Below, piece after piece: positions 39,434 through 52,679 of a stretch of DNA of 64,000 nucleotides. Source of the stretch: Lama guanicoe (taxonomy: Eukaryota); the NCBI GenBank assembly GCA_013239625.1, contig MU054026.1:806001-870000 (forward strand), read 5' to 3'. Each line of letters opens with the position of its first letter. Position 1 is the stretch's first letter. Under the pieces are notes generated by a model that did not search any database, had not been told where the DNA came from, and was given only the letters and a program-made list of their open reading frames with translations. The position numbers were made by a program, and so were the translations under genes.

Positions 39434-41499
39434 CTCTTTTTTTTCCCTTCCAGTTTTACTGAGATTTTGACATACAGCTCTCTATATGTTTAAGGTGTAC
39501 AGCGTAATGATTTGACTTACAAACATCAAGAAATTATTATCGTAGTAAGTTTAGTGAGCATCCATCATCACATATATACACAAAGCTAAAGAAATAGAAA
39601 AAAATAATTCCCTCTGGTGAGAAAATTTAAGATTCATTCTCTTAACAACTTTCATATATAACATACAGCAATGTCAATTATATCGCTCATGTTGTATGCT
39701 ACATCTCTTGTACTTATTATCTTGTAACTGGAAGTTTGGACCTTTTGTTTGCCTTCATCCATTTCCCCCTTCCTTTCCCTTCCCCTGCGCCTGTAACGAC
39801 AAGTGTGATTTCTTTTTCTATGAGCTTGTTTGGTTTTTGAAGTATAATTGACTTACAATACTATGCTTGTTACACAGCATAGTGACTCAATATTTTTATA
39901 CATTTCACAGTGATCACCGTAATAAGCCTAGTTACGATACGTCAACATAAAAAGACATTATGTGGTTATATAGTCAATAACCACATAATGTCTTTTATGT
40001 CATTTTGACTGTATTTCCCACACAACACTTTATACCTGTAGCTCATTTTTTTGAAACTGGAAGTTTGTAACTTTCAGTCTCCCTCATCTAGTTCTATTCT
40101 CCTCCTGCCCACCTCCCCTCCGGCAAACACCTGTTTGTTCTCTGTATCTATAACTCTGTTTCTGTTTTGTTCATTTGTTTTGTTTTTTGGATTCCATAGA
40201 TAAGTAAAACCATATAGTATTTGTATTTCTCTGTCTGACTTATTTCATTTAGCATAATTCACTGTAGGTCCATCCATGTTGTCACAAATGGCAAGATTTC
40301 ATTTTTTTATGGCTGAGGATTATTCCTTTGTGTGTGTGTGTGTGTATGACTAATGTCAAAGAGCTTACTGTCTATGTTTTCTTCTAGAAGTTTTATTTCA
40401 GGTCTTAATATTTAAGTATTTAATCCATTTTGAATTCATTTTTGTGCATGATGTGAAAGAGCAGTCCAGTCTGCTAGGCTCTGAGTGTCCAGGAGTTAGT
40501 TAGTCAGCCCTCTAGTGGTTGGGGGCTAGGGCCCAGGGGTCCTGGGGCTGGTATCTGCCCATTGCTGCATGAATCTTGTCCTAGGGCTGGTGAGCTTAGC
40601 TTGGTACTAGGCTCTCTGACTGCAGGGCCCTGGGATTCCCCGGTGCACTTGTGTGTGGGACCAAATCCTGGGACCTCTGGTGAGCAGAATCATGTTCGAG
40701 GGTGGCTGTGGGCTCAGAGGGTCTTAAGGCAGCAGGCCCCCAAGTGAGTGGGTTGTGTCCCTGTGTGGCCAGTTGCTTGGCTTGGTCTGAGGTGTCCCAG
40801 TAATGGTGCAGACAGGCTGATGGGTGGGGCCAGGTCTTGGCACTAATAAACTAAAGGAGAGGATTCCAACATGGAGCTTGCCAGCACCAGTGTCCTCATG
40901 CGGTAGAGCGAGCTCCCCGCAATGGTTGCTGCCAGTGTCTTTGTCCCCGGGATGAGCTCAAGTTGCCTCCTTTTTCTCTAGGAGTCTCTCTACGATTCTC
41001 TCCAAGATCAGCAAGTGGGTCTGACTCAGGCTCCTTTCAAATGACTGTTTCAGGCCTGGGTCCTGGAGCACGTGAGATGTAGTGTGCACCCTTTAAGAGT
41101 GTTACCTCTACTTCCCACAGCCCTTTGGATCTCCCGGAAGTAAGCCCTATTAGCCTTCAAAGGCAAATATTCTTAGGTGTAAGACCCTCCCCGCATTGCT
41201 GGAGAGACTTGTGTGGGGCTCGGACTCCTCATTCACTGGGAAGAACGTCCGCAGTTGTAACTGGCCTCCTGCTTGTGGCTTTCCCACCCAGGGGTACGGG
41301 ACTTGACTATACTGTGCTTTGGCTCCTCCTACCTGTTTTGTTGGGGTTCCTTCATTATAGCTTTAGTTACCGAAGATCTTTTCTGCTAGATTCCAGTCTT
41401 TCTCATCAATGGTTCCTCTTTAAATAGTTGCAGTTGTGGTGTGCCTTTTGGAGGAGGTAAGCACAGGGTCGTCCTCAGATGCCATCTTGGCCACACTCT
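39434..41499 (-). mobile_element. Internally deleted L1: GC-rich 5' UTR joined to a short late-ORF2 piece and the 3' UTR, flanked by a TSD
   Basis: The L1 5'-terminal YY1 motif CCAAGATGGC appears as 'gccatcttgg' at 41481-41490. GC-rich 5' UTR about 40472-41499, ORF2 piece about 40348-40471, 3' UTR about 39434-40345. TSD gaaagtggtttcttt (39419-39433) / gagagtagtttcttt (41500-41514). Confidence 0.8.
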
Positions 41500-43739
41500 G
41501 AGAGTAGTTTCTTTTTTAAAGGAAACTTAAAAGATTCTAACTTTTCTAATAGTCATGCCCAAAATTATAATCCCTCTCTGTATTTCCTAAGGTGGCATCT
41601 GAATTTATCAAAGTGGGAAATGCCTGATGAAATCAATATTGTGGAATGTTCATTCTTCCACTCCTGGGAGCACTCATTCTTTTCCTGAATGTCTTCTGCA
41701 CGTTAGATTGCTACCTTCAGGACAGTTTCATCCAAAGCTGGCTCTGGCTGGGACCCAAGGAGGACCCAGGCTCACAGACTGAGACGAAAGAGCCTTCAGC
41801 ATTAGGGGAGTCTTCTTGCTGTGGAGTCACTGAACCTTCAGTGCTGTCTGGCCCCATCTCTCTCAGTTCCCGGAGACGTTCTGTTTACTGACTATTTTCA
41901 TAGGACTTTTTGCCATCCCTGTTTCTCTGGAGTTCTCTTGGTCATTGACTGTTTTCATGGACAGTTGACTCCTTGACTTGCTCTCTCTTCTATGTAACCT
42001 CATTCTTATTGTTTCCATTTTTGTTCACATGGCCTCTGGTCTGTTCATTTCATGTGTGCTCAGCTTCCTGAATCTGGCTCCTTACTTCATCATTTAAATT
42101 CCTGTTTCCCCAGACTTAGCATGACCATTGTAGATGAGCATTCTTTATGCCTGGGGAACATGTGAAGTTTTGAAAATAATGGTTTTATAGCCAGAATACA
42201 TACTGAAAATAGTATAATATATATATAATATATATATATTAAAAAAGAAACTTGCTTAGAGATATGATTAAGCTAAGAGTACTCAAGAATAATTAGTTAT
42301 GAAAAGAAGCTACAGGAGATGAGAAGAAGGTGTAACTTGATTAGAAGGCCAAGTGATAGATCAGAAAAGAGAAGACAGTTTGTAGAAAAGTAATACCAGG
42401 ATCAAATGTTTAAGGACAAATAAACTTGTCTAGTGAAAAGCTGAGCTTTCATTCCTATTAACAGCAGAGAACGTACTTCTGTCCTGAAACTGAGATGTGA
42501 AACCCAGAAAGAAATGACAGCAGATCTTCAAATACCAGAACAAAGCATCACCTCATTTGTATACTGTGTATTAAACTGTTTCTGGCATAATTAGCAATGA
42601 TGTTACAACCAATAACAGGGATTGAGGGAGAGGTTCAGAACAGCAATCTGATAAAACTGTCTATTAGTTCGATGGTCTGAGAAGTTCTACAGAAGATAAA
42701 AGGACAGGTTGTAGACTGTTTATGACAAGCCAAAGCAAAGAATCAAATTGAAATGACTGGGTCGCCATTGACGTCCCTGAGTCTCAGGGAAAGTAGTCTT
42801 CATCTGCTTTCCTATACTATGGCCTGCATGAGTCAACACCCCTGCTTTTGTCCTTTTTTCTTTTCCTTCAGTGAATACAAAGCTTCCTTCTTAGGTGCTG
42901 AAGGTGTTCACAACCACTGCAAGCATGGAGCTTACAGTCGGGTCACACAAAAAAGAGGTGACACAGAAAACAAACAAATAATTGATCAAGTTATTATAAA
43001 AACACATGCTATAAAGGAGAATGCAGCTTGCTAAGAGGGTATATAATGGGACAACTAATCTGGAAAGGATCTATGTGTTAGTGATATTTATGCTGAAATC
43101 AGCCTATCTCAATACTCTTGGCACATTCAGAATGACATCCATTTTTCCATTTCTCCCACAACCCTTTTTCATCATGTCCTCAGTCTGGATTTTATCTCTT
43201 CGTTCCTTCTAGTAGTCACCTGGTAACCTTCTTTGAATGGTTGACTACCCTTAGTACTCTGAACAAATTGAAAAGCTGTGCATCTAAGTTATTTTTTATA
43301 TATGAATTTATTTTAGTCCCTCAAATGTATCATATCACATTGAAGTAGAAAGTTTTGCTCAAAACAAAATAAAAAATTTTAAAGTTTACAACATACAGTG
43401 GAAGATTTGAGGTACAGGGGACTGGCTATTACCAGTCACAATCACCAATTTGTGGTCTAAATACTCTTGCACCTTAAAGCAGGAGCTAATGTAACCAGCA
43501 GTGAATGGTGAGTATTTCTTCTTTGAAGGGTTTATCCAGTAACAATTTCCGATCTCAGCACTGTAGTGGTTACCCAACAAGACTGAAGAAACAGTATGTG
43601 TAAAACATAAGGTTGAGCACGAAGCACTCAAAAAGTACCAATGAGACTCACATTGGCTGATGGGGAGTGTTGTCTCACTACAAGGGAGAAAAAGAGGTGG
43701 TTGGGTTGTGATTGGGAAACCAGGCTTTTGATGCAGGGA

Positions 43740-43915
43740 ACTGGGTTGTGTTCTGATTCTTTCTCATAATACCAGGACGAACGTAGGCAGGTTACTTAAC
43801 CAGTCCTTGCCTCAGCTTCTTCATTTGTAAAAGAGAGATATGTATTATATCATTGCAAGACTGCTTTAGAAATTTAATGCGATATTTTAACTATAACACT
43901 TAGCTCAGAACAGGA
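43740..43915 (+). mobile_element. MIR SINE fragment
   Basis: 'taggcaggttacttaacc...tgcctcagcttcttcatttgtaaaa' is the MIR core. Confidence 0.75.
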
Positions 43916-43934
43916 CTATAATAATAAAGAATAC

Positions 43935-44420
43935 ACCTGCTGCAAATGACTGAAATCCAATTTAAATTAGATTAAACAAACAAACAAACAAACAAAAGGC
44001 AGGGTTGATTTTCAGATCAAGTACTTCAGGGAATTAAGTTTCCAACAGAACTGCCTCTTCATCTCACTCACCTTGCTCCACTGAGCCTCAGCTTTATTCT
44101 TTCCTATTACAGACCGGTTTCTTCTGTTGGTTGGGAGACATGACACAGGTTCTCCCAGTCTTTACCTTACCCTTCGATGTCAGTGGTCAGAAGTGGGTTT
44201 CATGTCTATACCTTAGCAATACAGAGATCTCCAAAAGGACTTTCCTTCTGCCCTCTTGGTCCACGACTCCACACTTGTAGCTACGGGGCAGGGGAATTGA
44301 GGTTGGTATGGCTAGCAGAACCATGCGGTAGGAATCAGGAACGAAGTGTAACCTCCAGAAGGGGCAGAGTACAGTCATAGGGAAGAGGAAGTAGCCAGAT
44401 TGAGAAGTGATACAAAGTGC
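43935..44420 (-). mobile_element. Old MaLR (MLT1J-like) LTR relic
   Basis: 'ctgcaaatgactgaaatccaatttaaa' resembles an antisense MLT1J-type terminus. The rest is highly diverged. Confidence 0.45.
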
Positions 44421-44634
44421 CACAAAAATGTGAACACTACATAGATGGCAAGTTTCTGTTATGGTATAAACTAATTATAAATTCGGTGAGTCCTTAACTC
44501 CAAAATGGGGCTGATGAATGAGTTCAATAGAACAGGGAAGGAGTAAAGGGAGAAATCTCAACCAATATGGCTAGTCCTGCCCCTCATTTCATAATTCTGA
44601 GTTTGCCCAAAAAGGGAGGATAAGGGAACACACT

Positions 44635-45141
44635 TGTGGTAAGCAGAGAAACAGTCGCCAAAGATGTCTATGTCTTAAATCCTTACAACATGTAATGCGC
44701 TATCTTACTTTGCAAAAGGGACCTGGCCCTTGTGGTTATATTAAGGATCTTGAGATGAGAAGATTATCCTGAATTATCTATGTAAACTCAGTGTAATCCC
44801 AAGGGTCCTTAGAATTGAAAGAGGGAGGCAGGGAGATAGAGTCAGTGAAGGATATGCCATGATGAATTTAGAAGTAGGAGTAATACCATTGCTGGCCTTC
44901 AAAATGGAGGAAGGGCCCAGAAGCCAAGAAACGCATATGGCCTCTGGAATTTAGAAAAGGGAAGGAAATAATTTTCCCCCAGAGTCTCCAGAGGAATGTA
45001 GCCCTGCCTGCACCTTTATTTAGTCCTGTGATTCTCATTTCAGAATCTGAATTTCAGAACTGCAAGATATTATTGTTTTAGTTGTTTTGAAGCCACTCAG
45101 TTCGTGGTAATTTGTTATAGCAACCATAGGAGACTAATACA
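44635..45141 (+). mobile_element. MaLR MLT1-family solo LTR
   Basis: TG...CA termini (tgtggt...actaataca), hallmark 'ttaaggatcttgagatgagaagattatcctg', and near-match TSD acact (44630-44634) / acatt (45142-45146). Confidence 0.9.
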
Positions 45142-45822
45142 ACATTAGTCCACTCTTCTCACATCTCTGTCTCTTCCCCGTCTCTCCTCCCTGTCACTCT
45201 CCTCAGTTTGTTAGGTCTTCCCTGTAATTGGTTTGACATTCGTTGGCCCCTAGTTCCTTAAAAAGTGGGGCCACATCTTTGAAAAATAACCTATCACTGA
45301 GTGCTCAGAAGAATACATTACTATCTTGTACTATTTCACTTTCTACACCCAGGAGTGACGGCCTTCTCCAACTTCTGGCAAGCTCATCTAGGCAGTGCCC
45401 AAGTCAAAGGCAGCCAATGGATGGTTTTATATTCTCAGTCCATGCAACTGGGAGAGGTGGATTTATTTCACGTTTTCATGCAAGCCTCTATGGAGAAATT
45501 TCAAATGATGATGGCTTGAATATTTTTGAGTCAATCTGCCAGTTATGGTTTCTCTAGCTCCAGGGGAGTTTGTGGGGAGGAGAAGGGGGTCGGTCCCTTA
45601 CTGCAGAAGGATGACACAGAACCACATGCGAAGAGTTGCAGAGCACATGTGGAAGGTGGGCTCCCCTCCAAACTTGCAATTTATGGTCCTCCAGGGTCGA
45701 ATTGTAGTGAAAGAGGTTGGGTAAAGGGACCAAGACCGTTCTTACTAGGCTGGTATGGTCACATGTTGGTTTTATGTTCTGGGAGTCTAGCCAACATTCA
45801 GCGTTGGTGTTGAGTTCCTCAA

Positions 45823-46063
45823 TAGGGTTTCCAGATAAAGTAGAGTTAAACCTGAATTTCAAATAAACAGCAGTTTGTTTTCTGGTTTTGTTTTCGTTTT
45901 TAGTGTTTTGTTTAGGTTTTTTTAGTGTTTTGTTTTTTTAGATTTTTATCTCTCATGTAATATTTGGGACACACTTGTTTAAAATAAATGCTACTTTTTG
46001 TTTACCTTAAATTCAAATTTACTTGGTGTTTTGTATCTTTGCTTGCTAAATATGACAACTCTA
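45823..46063. mobile_element. MER53-like palindromic DNA transposon
   Basis: TIRs 'tagggtttccagat' and 'atatgacaactcta', with internal 'tgaatttcaaataaac' / 'gtttaccttaaattcaaattt' symmetry. Confidence 0.8.
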
Positions 46064-46694
46064 TATCCTTAGGGACTTCCCATTGTTACTGGTGACATTT
46101 AATTACAGTTCCCTTGATGTGGGTGACCTTTCTATTCTGACAAAGATACCTTATGTATCCTGGGGTTAGGGCCCGCTGGCTCTCTGTAGGTGCCTTATTG
46201 GATAAGATCTAAGATTACCCACACTACTGCTCTTTCACGCTTGGCCCACATTTGATCATCAGAAAACACTCGTGGAACATTTGCCCTGGTTAACGCTGCG
46301 AGTGCAGATCATCAGTTTCACCACTTCTCCTACGTTCCCTCCATCCAGGCTGCTACCCAGCTGCCTCTTGCCTTTAACTTCTCCGGTCTTCAGCCAGACT
46401 CCAATGCACTGTGCTTCTTCACAGGCGGGTGGTACACACTTTACTCAGAGAGGTTACATTGATGTCCATTCACCGAGCAGACACTTTCCGCCTTTACACA
46501 GGATTCACCTGTGAACCCCCTCTCTGCATCTCCTAGGGGAAGGATTCACAGCAAAGAAATAGCTCTTTCTGGAGAAACACTCGTCAAATTGTGTTACTCA
46601 GTCTCCAATGCCCAAATCGTCTTATTCCTTTGAGTCTTGGAATCAGTTTTCTATATTTTTCCTTCTTTTTTTTCATTTCGATCTGAATACGGTC

Positions 46695-46836
46695 TTTTTT
46701 TTTTTATTATCCTTTTTTCACTAAGTTATAGTCCGTTTCCAATGTTGTGTCAGTTTCCAGTGCAGAGCACAACTTTTCAGTTGTACACGAGCATACGTAT
46801 ATTCATTGTCGCATTCTTTTTCACTGTGAGCCACCA
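46695..46836 (-). mobile_element. Very short, young L1 3' tail insertion
   Basis: Homologous to the tails at 7739 and 48764 ('gttatagtc...aatgttgtgtcagtttccagtgcagagcac'). It retains several CpGs. Confidence 0.8.
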
Positions 46837-47229
46837 CCTATTTTTTTTTTCCTTTGAAACTTCGCGCTGTGGCCTGGTAGCTCACTTTGCTGCATCTTAA
46901 CTGTTGCATCTTGCAACAAAATTTCTAACTTAACATCCTTTCTAAGTAAAAGGAGAAGCTGGAGAAAATGATCCCCGAAGTGTCTTCTCGCTCTAGTTGG
47001 TTTCATTTCTTTGGGAATAAGTTTCTTCTCTCCTGTTCTAAGTGAATTTTGTCCCCTTAGGTGTTAGATGTCCCATTTCTACTCACAAATTGGTTCTGAT
47101 CCTGAAATGTCTTTGAAAATGTTATTAGAACATTAGAGTTCTCACCTGAGTGACTGCAAGGGATAAAAGGAAGCAAAATTGTTTCCAAAATGTACAAGAG
47201 TACCTGTAATCACAGTAGAAGCAGCTCTC

Positions 47230-47830
47230 TAAAAAGGCATTTTGTAAAAATGTAACCCTCCTTAAAATTCTCCAAGACCCCTCACTGCCTACAAGATAAA
47301 GCGCAAAACCCTTTTGGTGGGACATTCTTGCGTTCCATCATCTGGTTCTCGTCAGCCCTCCCAGTTTTACTTTTAGTCCCCCTCTCCAGGTACCCTCTTT
47401 CTGGCCATTGTAAAGTCCTTTTAGTTTCTCAAATTAATCAGACTGCATTATGCCCCATGCCTCTGCTTACTCTTGCTTCCTGGTCTTGAATACCTTTCCT
47501 GATGTTGTCCAAGTAGTAACAGATACAAGTCTCAAAATCACCTGTTCTTAATAGCCTTTGGTGAGGTTCCACTGTCTCCTATTCCAGAGGACTAAAACAC
47601 CCTCCTTTGTGATGCTCATTGTATCTTATAAACACTTCTGGAATGACTTTACAGAAGAATGGTTTTAATTAGAGCTTAATCCTCTTTGATTATAAGTCTG
47701 TCTGCCTCTACCAGATCCTCAGTTCTTGGAAGTAGAGTTTTACATTATTTTTCTCTGCAGTCCCAACAGGTAATTCAGTATCTTCCTCATGGCATGTGCT
47801 CCCTATATATTGTTCAAAGGGTCAATGAAT
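47230..47830 (+). mobile_element. L2 3' relic
   Basis: 'cttaaaattctccaagacccctcactgcctacaagataaag', with an end resembling L2 'tgctc..tatattgtt..aatgaatg'. Confidence 0.65.
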
Positions 47831-48428
47831 GGGGTGTGAGATTCCCTTACATATGGTTATTTTGGGATGCAACACCATGGTTCTTCTAATAGTGTCAGTG
47901 CCCAAACTCTTCAGGGAAATACTATTTTGAAACTCGGAGCCATTTCAGAACCATACAAGAAAGAGGGTTTATTCTTATATAACTTCAGGTTGTTGGACAC
48001 ATAATGAAATACAGTAGAATCAAATAAAATGAAAATCAAGCCAACCTGGAATGCAAGGATTGACCTCCTTTGAGAAGATTCAATATAGGCATGAAGCAAG
48101 GTTTGTTTAAAGGAGTTAACGGTAGAAATGAATATACTCCTTTCAAGACAGCATCCGACAACGTCTAATGGACCATTGAGAACAACTTTATAATAGGAGG
48201 GACGACCTTTCGTCTCTGCAAGAGAGAGTTCTGATTTGACATTGTTTCTAAGTGTGTTGAGCAATGTTTGCAGAGTACCTCAAAAAGCTTAATCCATTTT
48301 CTGTGAGGTATTATAGGCCCTGTGTTCTTCTTACTATATTGCCATGTGTTTCTTGATAAAATATAATTATCTCTCAAATTTTTCTAGAACTGAAAGATTT
48401 TCTTCTTATTTGGTAATCTAAATATATT

Positions 48429-50013
48429 TGAGAGACTGAATTTACAAATGGACAATGCCCAGGCCATACATAAAATAGACCTCTAACCTGCCACCTGCAG
48501 AAATCTGGCCAGGAAACCATCCCCTTATTACAATAAACAACCCAGAAAGCCATCCTTCTGTAAGTCATACTTGGAGGAAGCCAGATTGTTATCACTAGTA
48601 ATAATCCTGGAAGCTGAACAACAACTTCTGTAACAATTAACCCAAAATGGCCCAGACCTGACAGCTGGGAACTTCCCTAATTTTTGTCCTCACTTCCAAT
48701 TTAGGACCAACTAGAGAAACTCAGTTATGCACACTCAGCCAGTCACATAGATTCTCCACTTCTTTTTTTTTTAATGAATTATAGTCAGTTTACAATGTTG
48801 TGTCAATTTCTGGTGCACAGCATAATTCTTCAGTCATACATGGGCATACATATATTCATTTTCATACTCTTCTTTATCATGAGCTACTACAAGATATTGA
48901 ATGTATTTCCCTGTGCCATACAGTATAAACTTGTTTATCTATTTTATATATACCTGTCAGGATCCATAAATCTCAATCTCCCAGTTTATCTCTTCCCACC
49001 GTCCTCCCCTCTGGCAACCACAAGTCTGTACTTTATGAGTCTGTTTCTTTTTTGTATTTAAGTTCATTTGTCGTCTTTTTTTTTTTTTTTTTTTTTAAGA
49101 TTCCACATATGAGCGATCTCATGTGGTAGTTTTCTTTCTCTTTCTGGCTTGCTTCACTTAGAATGACATTCTCCGGGGACATCCATGTTGCTGCAAATGG
49201 CATTATGTTGCCATTTTTATGGCTGAGTAGTATTCCAATGTATAAATATACTACATCTTCTTTATTCAGTCAGCTGTTGATGGACATTTAGGTTGTTTAC
49301 ATGTCTTGGTTATTGTAAATAGTGCTGCTATGAACACTGGGATGCATGTGTCTTTTTGAATTAGAGTTCCTTCTGGATATATGCCCAGGAATGGGATTAC
49401 TGAGTCATATGGTAAATTTATTTTTAAATCTCCATACTGTTTTCCACAGTGGCTTCAAAAAAATGCATTCCCACCAATAGCGTAGGAGGGTTCCCTTTTC
49501 TCTGCACCATCTCTAGCATTTGTCATTTGTGGCCTTTTGAATGATGGCCATTCTGACTGGTGTGACTAGTTTTGATTTTCATTTCTCTGATTATTAGTGA
49601 TATTGAGCATTTCTTCATGTGCCTATTGATCATTCATATGTCTTCACTGGAGAATTGCTTGTTTAAGTCTTCTGCCCATTTTTGGATTTGGTTCTTTGTT
49701 TTTTTGTTATTAAGTTGCATGAGCTGTTTATATATTCTGGAGATCAAGCCCTTGTCAGTCTCATCTTTGGCAAATATTTTCTCCCATTCTGTAGGTTGTC
49801 ATTTTGCCCCACTTCTAGTTGGCCCAACTATAGCCTCCAACCAGGACATTTCTGGAGCCTTCTACTCTTCCCATCATTAAGCCTTCCCACTCTTCTGTTG
49901 GTCTTTGAGTCTCTGCCAGAACACATGCTATGGTAGCTGACTCCCTTGCTATAACAAGTTCTGAATAAGCAGCCTTTGCTTTTCCCATTTGGTTGGCATC
50001 ATTTATTTCCACA
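48429..50013 (+). mobile_element. ERV1-type solo LTR (MER39-like), split by an L1 insertion
   Basis: Left part 48429-48763 begins with TG. Right part 49809-50013 has a poly(A)-signal-like 'gaataag' and ends 'tttccaca'. The sequence reads continuously when the L1 is removed. Confidence 0.7.
48764..49808 (-). mobile_element. 5'-truncated lineage-type L1 with TSD
   Basis: Poly(T), 3' UTR and late ORF2 in antisense. TSD ccacttct (48756-48763 / 49809-49816). Confidence 0.93.
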
Positions 50014-52679
50014 TAGGTGATACATATTGTTTATTTCACATAGGTGATAGGTTTCCCCTCCCTTAGAACATGAGAAATACTAGATACCTTAAAATTGCTC
50101 TAGTTTTGCTTTTGTTGTTGTTCTTGTTTTTGTTTGTTTTGGGGTTTTGTTTATTTGTCTTGGTAACGAAGAACCATGTGGAATCGTGACCACAATTTAC
50201 AGGGCAGGTCCTTTATTTTTAGACATAGCAAACTATATTTAGAATCTGTTTAGCTTCTGTTCTAACAGAATATCTCTTTCCTGTTTCCTCTCTTTTTTTT
50301 TTCTCATTACTCCTGATTTCCTAGTCACTAATTGCATTTTTAATTAGACCCTCATCTTTTCCAAAGATCAAGAACAATTTTAAAAGAAGAAAAAAAGTGG
50401 TTAATTGTCTGCTCACAAAGGATCCTCCAATATGTTTAATTTTATGAATCAGCAGTTCCCAGTTGTTCTCTCTTTACAGCCCCTGTTTGAAATATTGCTT
50501 GATAGATGAAGAAACTGCAGTGCAGAGTGCTGAAATATGCAAGCTGTACATGCTGATAGATGGAAAACGACAGTGTAAACTGCTGCGCTGTGAAATATGG
50601 AAGCAGCAGAAGAAAATGCCATTCTGGCTTAACTGTTTCCTTTGGTGAATGGCTTCCCTGGGTTACTATTTTAGAATCACCATAATCCTGGGAGTTATGA
50701 TCAGGAAACCTCTTCACAGCTAGTCTGGTGACTTATATATCATATGTTTGATCGATTAAAATGCTCTAAATACTAGCTAGGTTGAGGGCCCCAGGCTGTT
50801 TGTAATTCAATTACAAATACTATGTAAATATTTCTTTTTCTTTCAGAGAATGTACTTAATACCTATCCTGTAGTGTCTTTGCAAAGATTTAAAGCATTGT
50901 ATTGTAGAGACCATAGTTTGATATATATGCTCAAAGCTTAATAAATCGTGGTTCCCCTGGCTTTTCTTTTCACCTTGCTAATAATGTCTTTGATTCTGAA
51001 GGGAGATAAAATTAACAAAGCATCTTTTTTTTCCCCTGTTAGATTAAACTAAAATTTCTCAAAGTTAAAAAGCATTATCAAATTCAAAAACCAGGGCAAA
51101 GAACTACTCTAATTGTTTTACTTGTTTACTGAATGATGTAAGATGCTTCACAGGCTATGGTTAAATTTGTAGGTGGTTCCCATAGTGTATCTGCTCTTGC
51201 AAAAAAAAAAAAAAAAAGACATGTGCTATTTTGAGGGATAAAGAATGATCCACTTGATCTCAAGTCTTTCCTTACTAACTGTGAAACAGTTAGAGTCAGG
51301 AGTGGTGAATCACAAGTGGAAAAAGACTTATTGGCTCCCAATTATGAAATTGATGAAGTTTTTTTCAGTATCCTGTCTCCCCTTTCTGCCATGTCCAATG
51401 GCCTCACTGTTAAAAACTGAATAGAAACTGACAATAGTTATTCAAATACCAGTCATTTTAAATCACTAGTTTCTTTCCTTGAGAAATGTTTCCTTTTAAC
51501 TGACAATTTTTTAATCTGTTCAGTTGAAAAGATTAGTGGATTTAAATACAAGTGTGGATGCTTTAAGATATATGCATTCCTCCAAGAAGACCAAGAGAAT
51601 GAATTCCAGGGCACGTGGTAACAATGTACTGTTATATGCAGCAAGTCCAGACATAAAAAAGCATAGCTGTGTTACATAGTTTTTCAATAACTCTAAATTA
51701 GGTACAATTCTTAAATATGAAAAAATAAGAGAACAAATTGAACATATATTAAAAGCAAGTCACATCTATGGGAACTAAAGCAATGGATCGCTCAGGAATC
51801 AGAAGCCAACATGTCTACCAAAGTCAAGAAAATAAGGAACAATGAACTCTTCTTACTTTTCATTTGAAAGAAAGTGAAAAGAAAGGAAGCTTATATTTGG
51901 CTGCAGTAAATACTATTTATTTAGGTAACTTTGGCAGTACAATTACAGTCACAATAATTACTTTAATGACCCACTTTATTTGACACAAAGAAATCATTTG
52001 TTTCTAATGAAATAGAATTTATTAAATAGAACTCAGTATTTTTAGATGAGCCCACTTAGATGAGTTTATTTACAGTATTTGGGATAAATCACAAAAAGAA
52101 AACCATAAAAAATTGCATTGTCAAAGGTAAAATGTGGACTACTGAAAAGATAAACACTGGGATATGATTGAATTAGATTGCCTTGCTGATTTTTATTCTA
52201 AGGGCTTGTTGTTGGTTTAAGCACAATCTCTTTCCTTGACTGGGCTTGTGCTTATGTGAATATATCCAGTGAATGTGCCTTTAAGTATGCATGCAAGTCT
52301 TAAGAAACTTATATTTGAAAAATGCAGAAGTACTTTCATTTATGTATATTTTGTGTGTCCAGCAATAAGGCAAAGTTTTCTAAATTGACAATTAGCCTAC
52401 AGAATAGAAATGCAAGAATATAAATATTTATATTAAATTTCTAGCTTTTTTTCTAGACATTTGGCCATGAGCCCTATATGATCAAGGCTATTTCTATATT
52501 CCATATAGCAAAGAGGTGCCAGAATGGTGGGAATCTTTTGAATTTAAAACAGGACACAGGAGTCTTTACAAACCCAGGAAATTTTAAAGCCTCTGCTCTG
52601 TAATTACACTGCCCACTCCATAAGTAACCACAGGTATAAAGTTCTCTTTATACAAAGAGAGCATTAATTGTTCAGTTAA

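Noticed and set aside
40472..41499. GC-rich region as a host-gene promoter or CpG island
   Set aside because: It is explained by an L1 5' UTR, and its CpGs are largely decayed.
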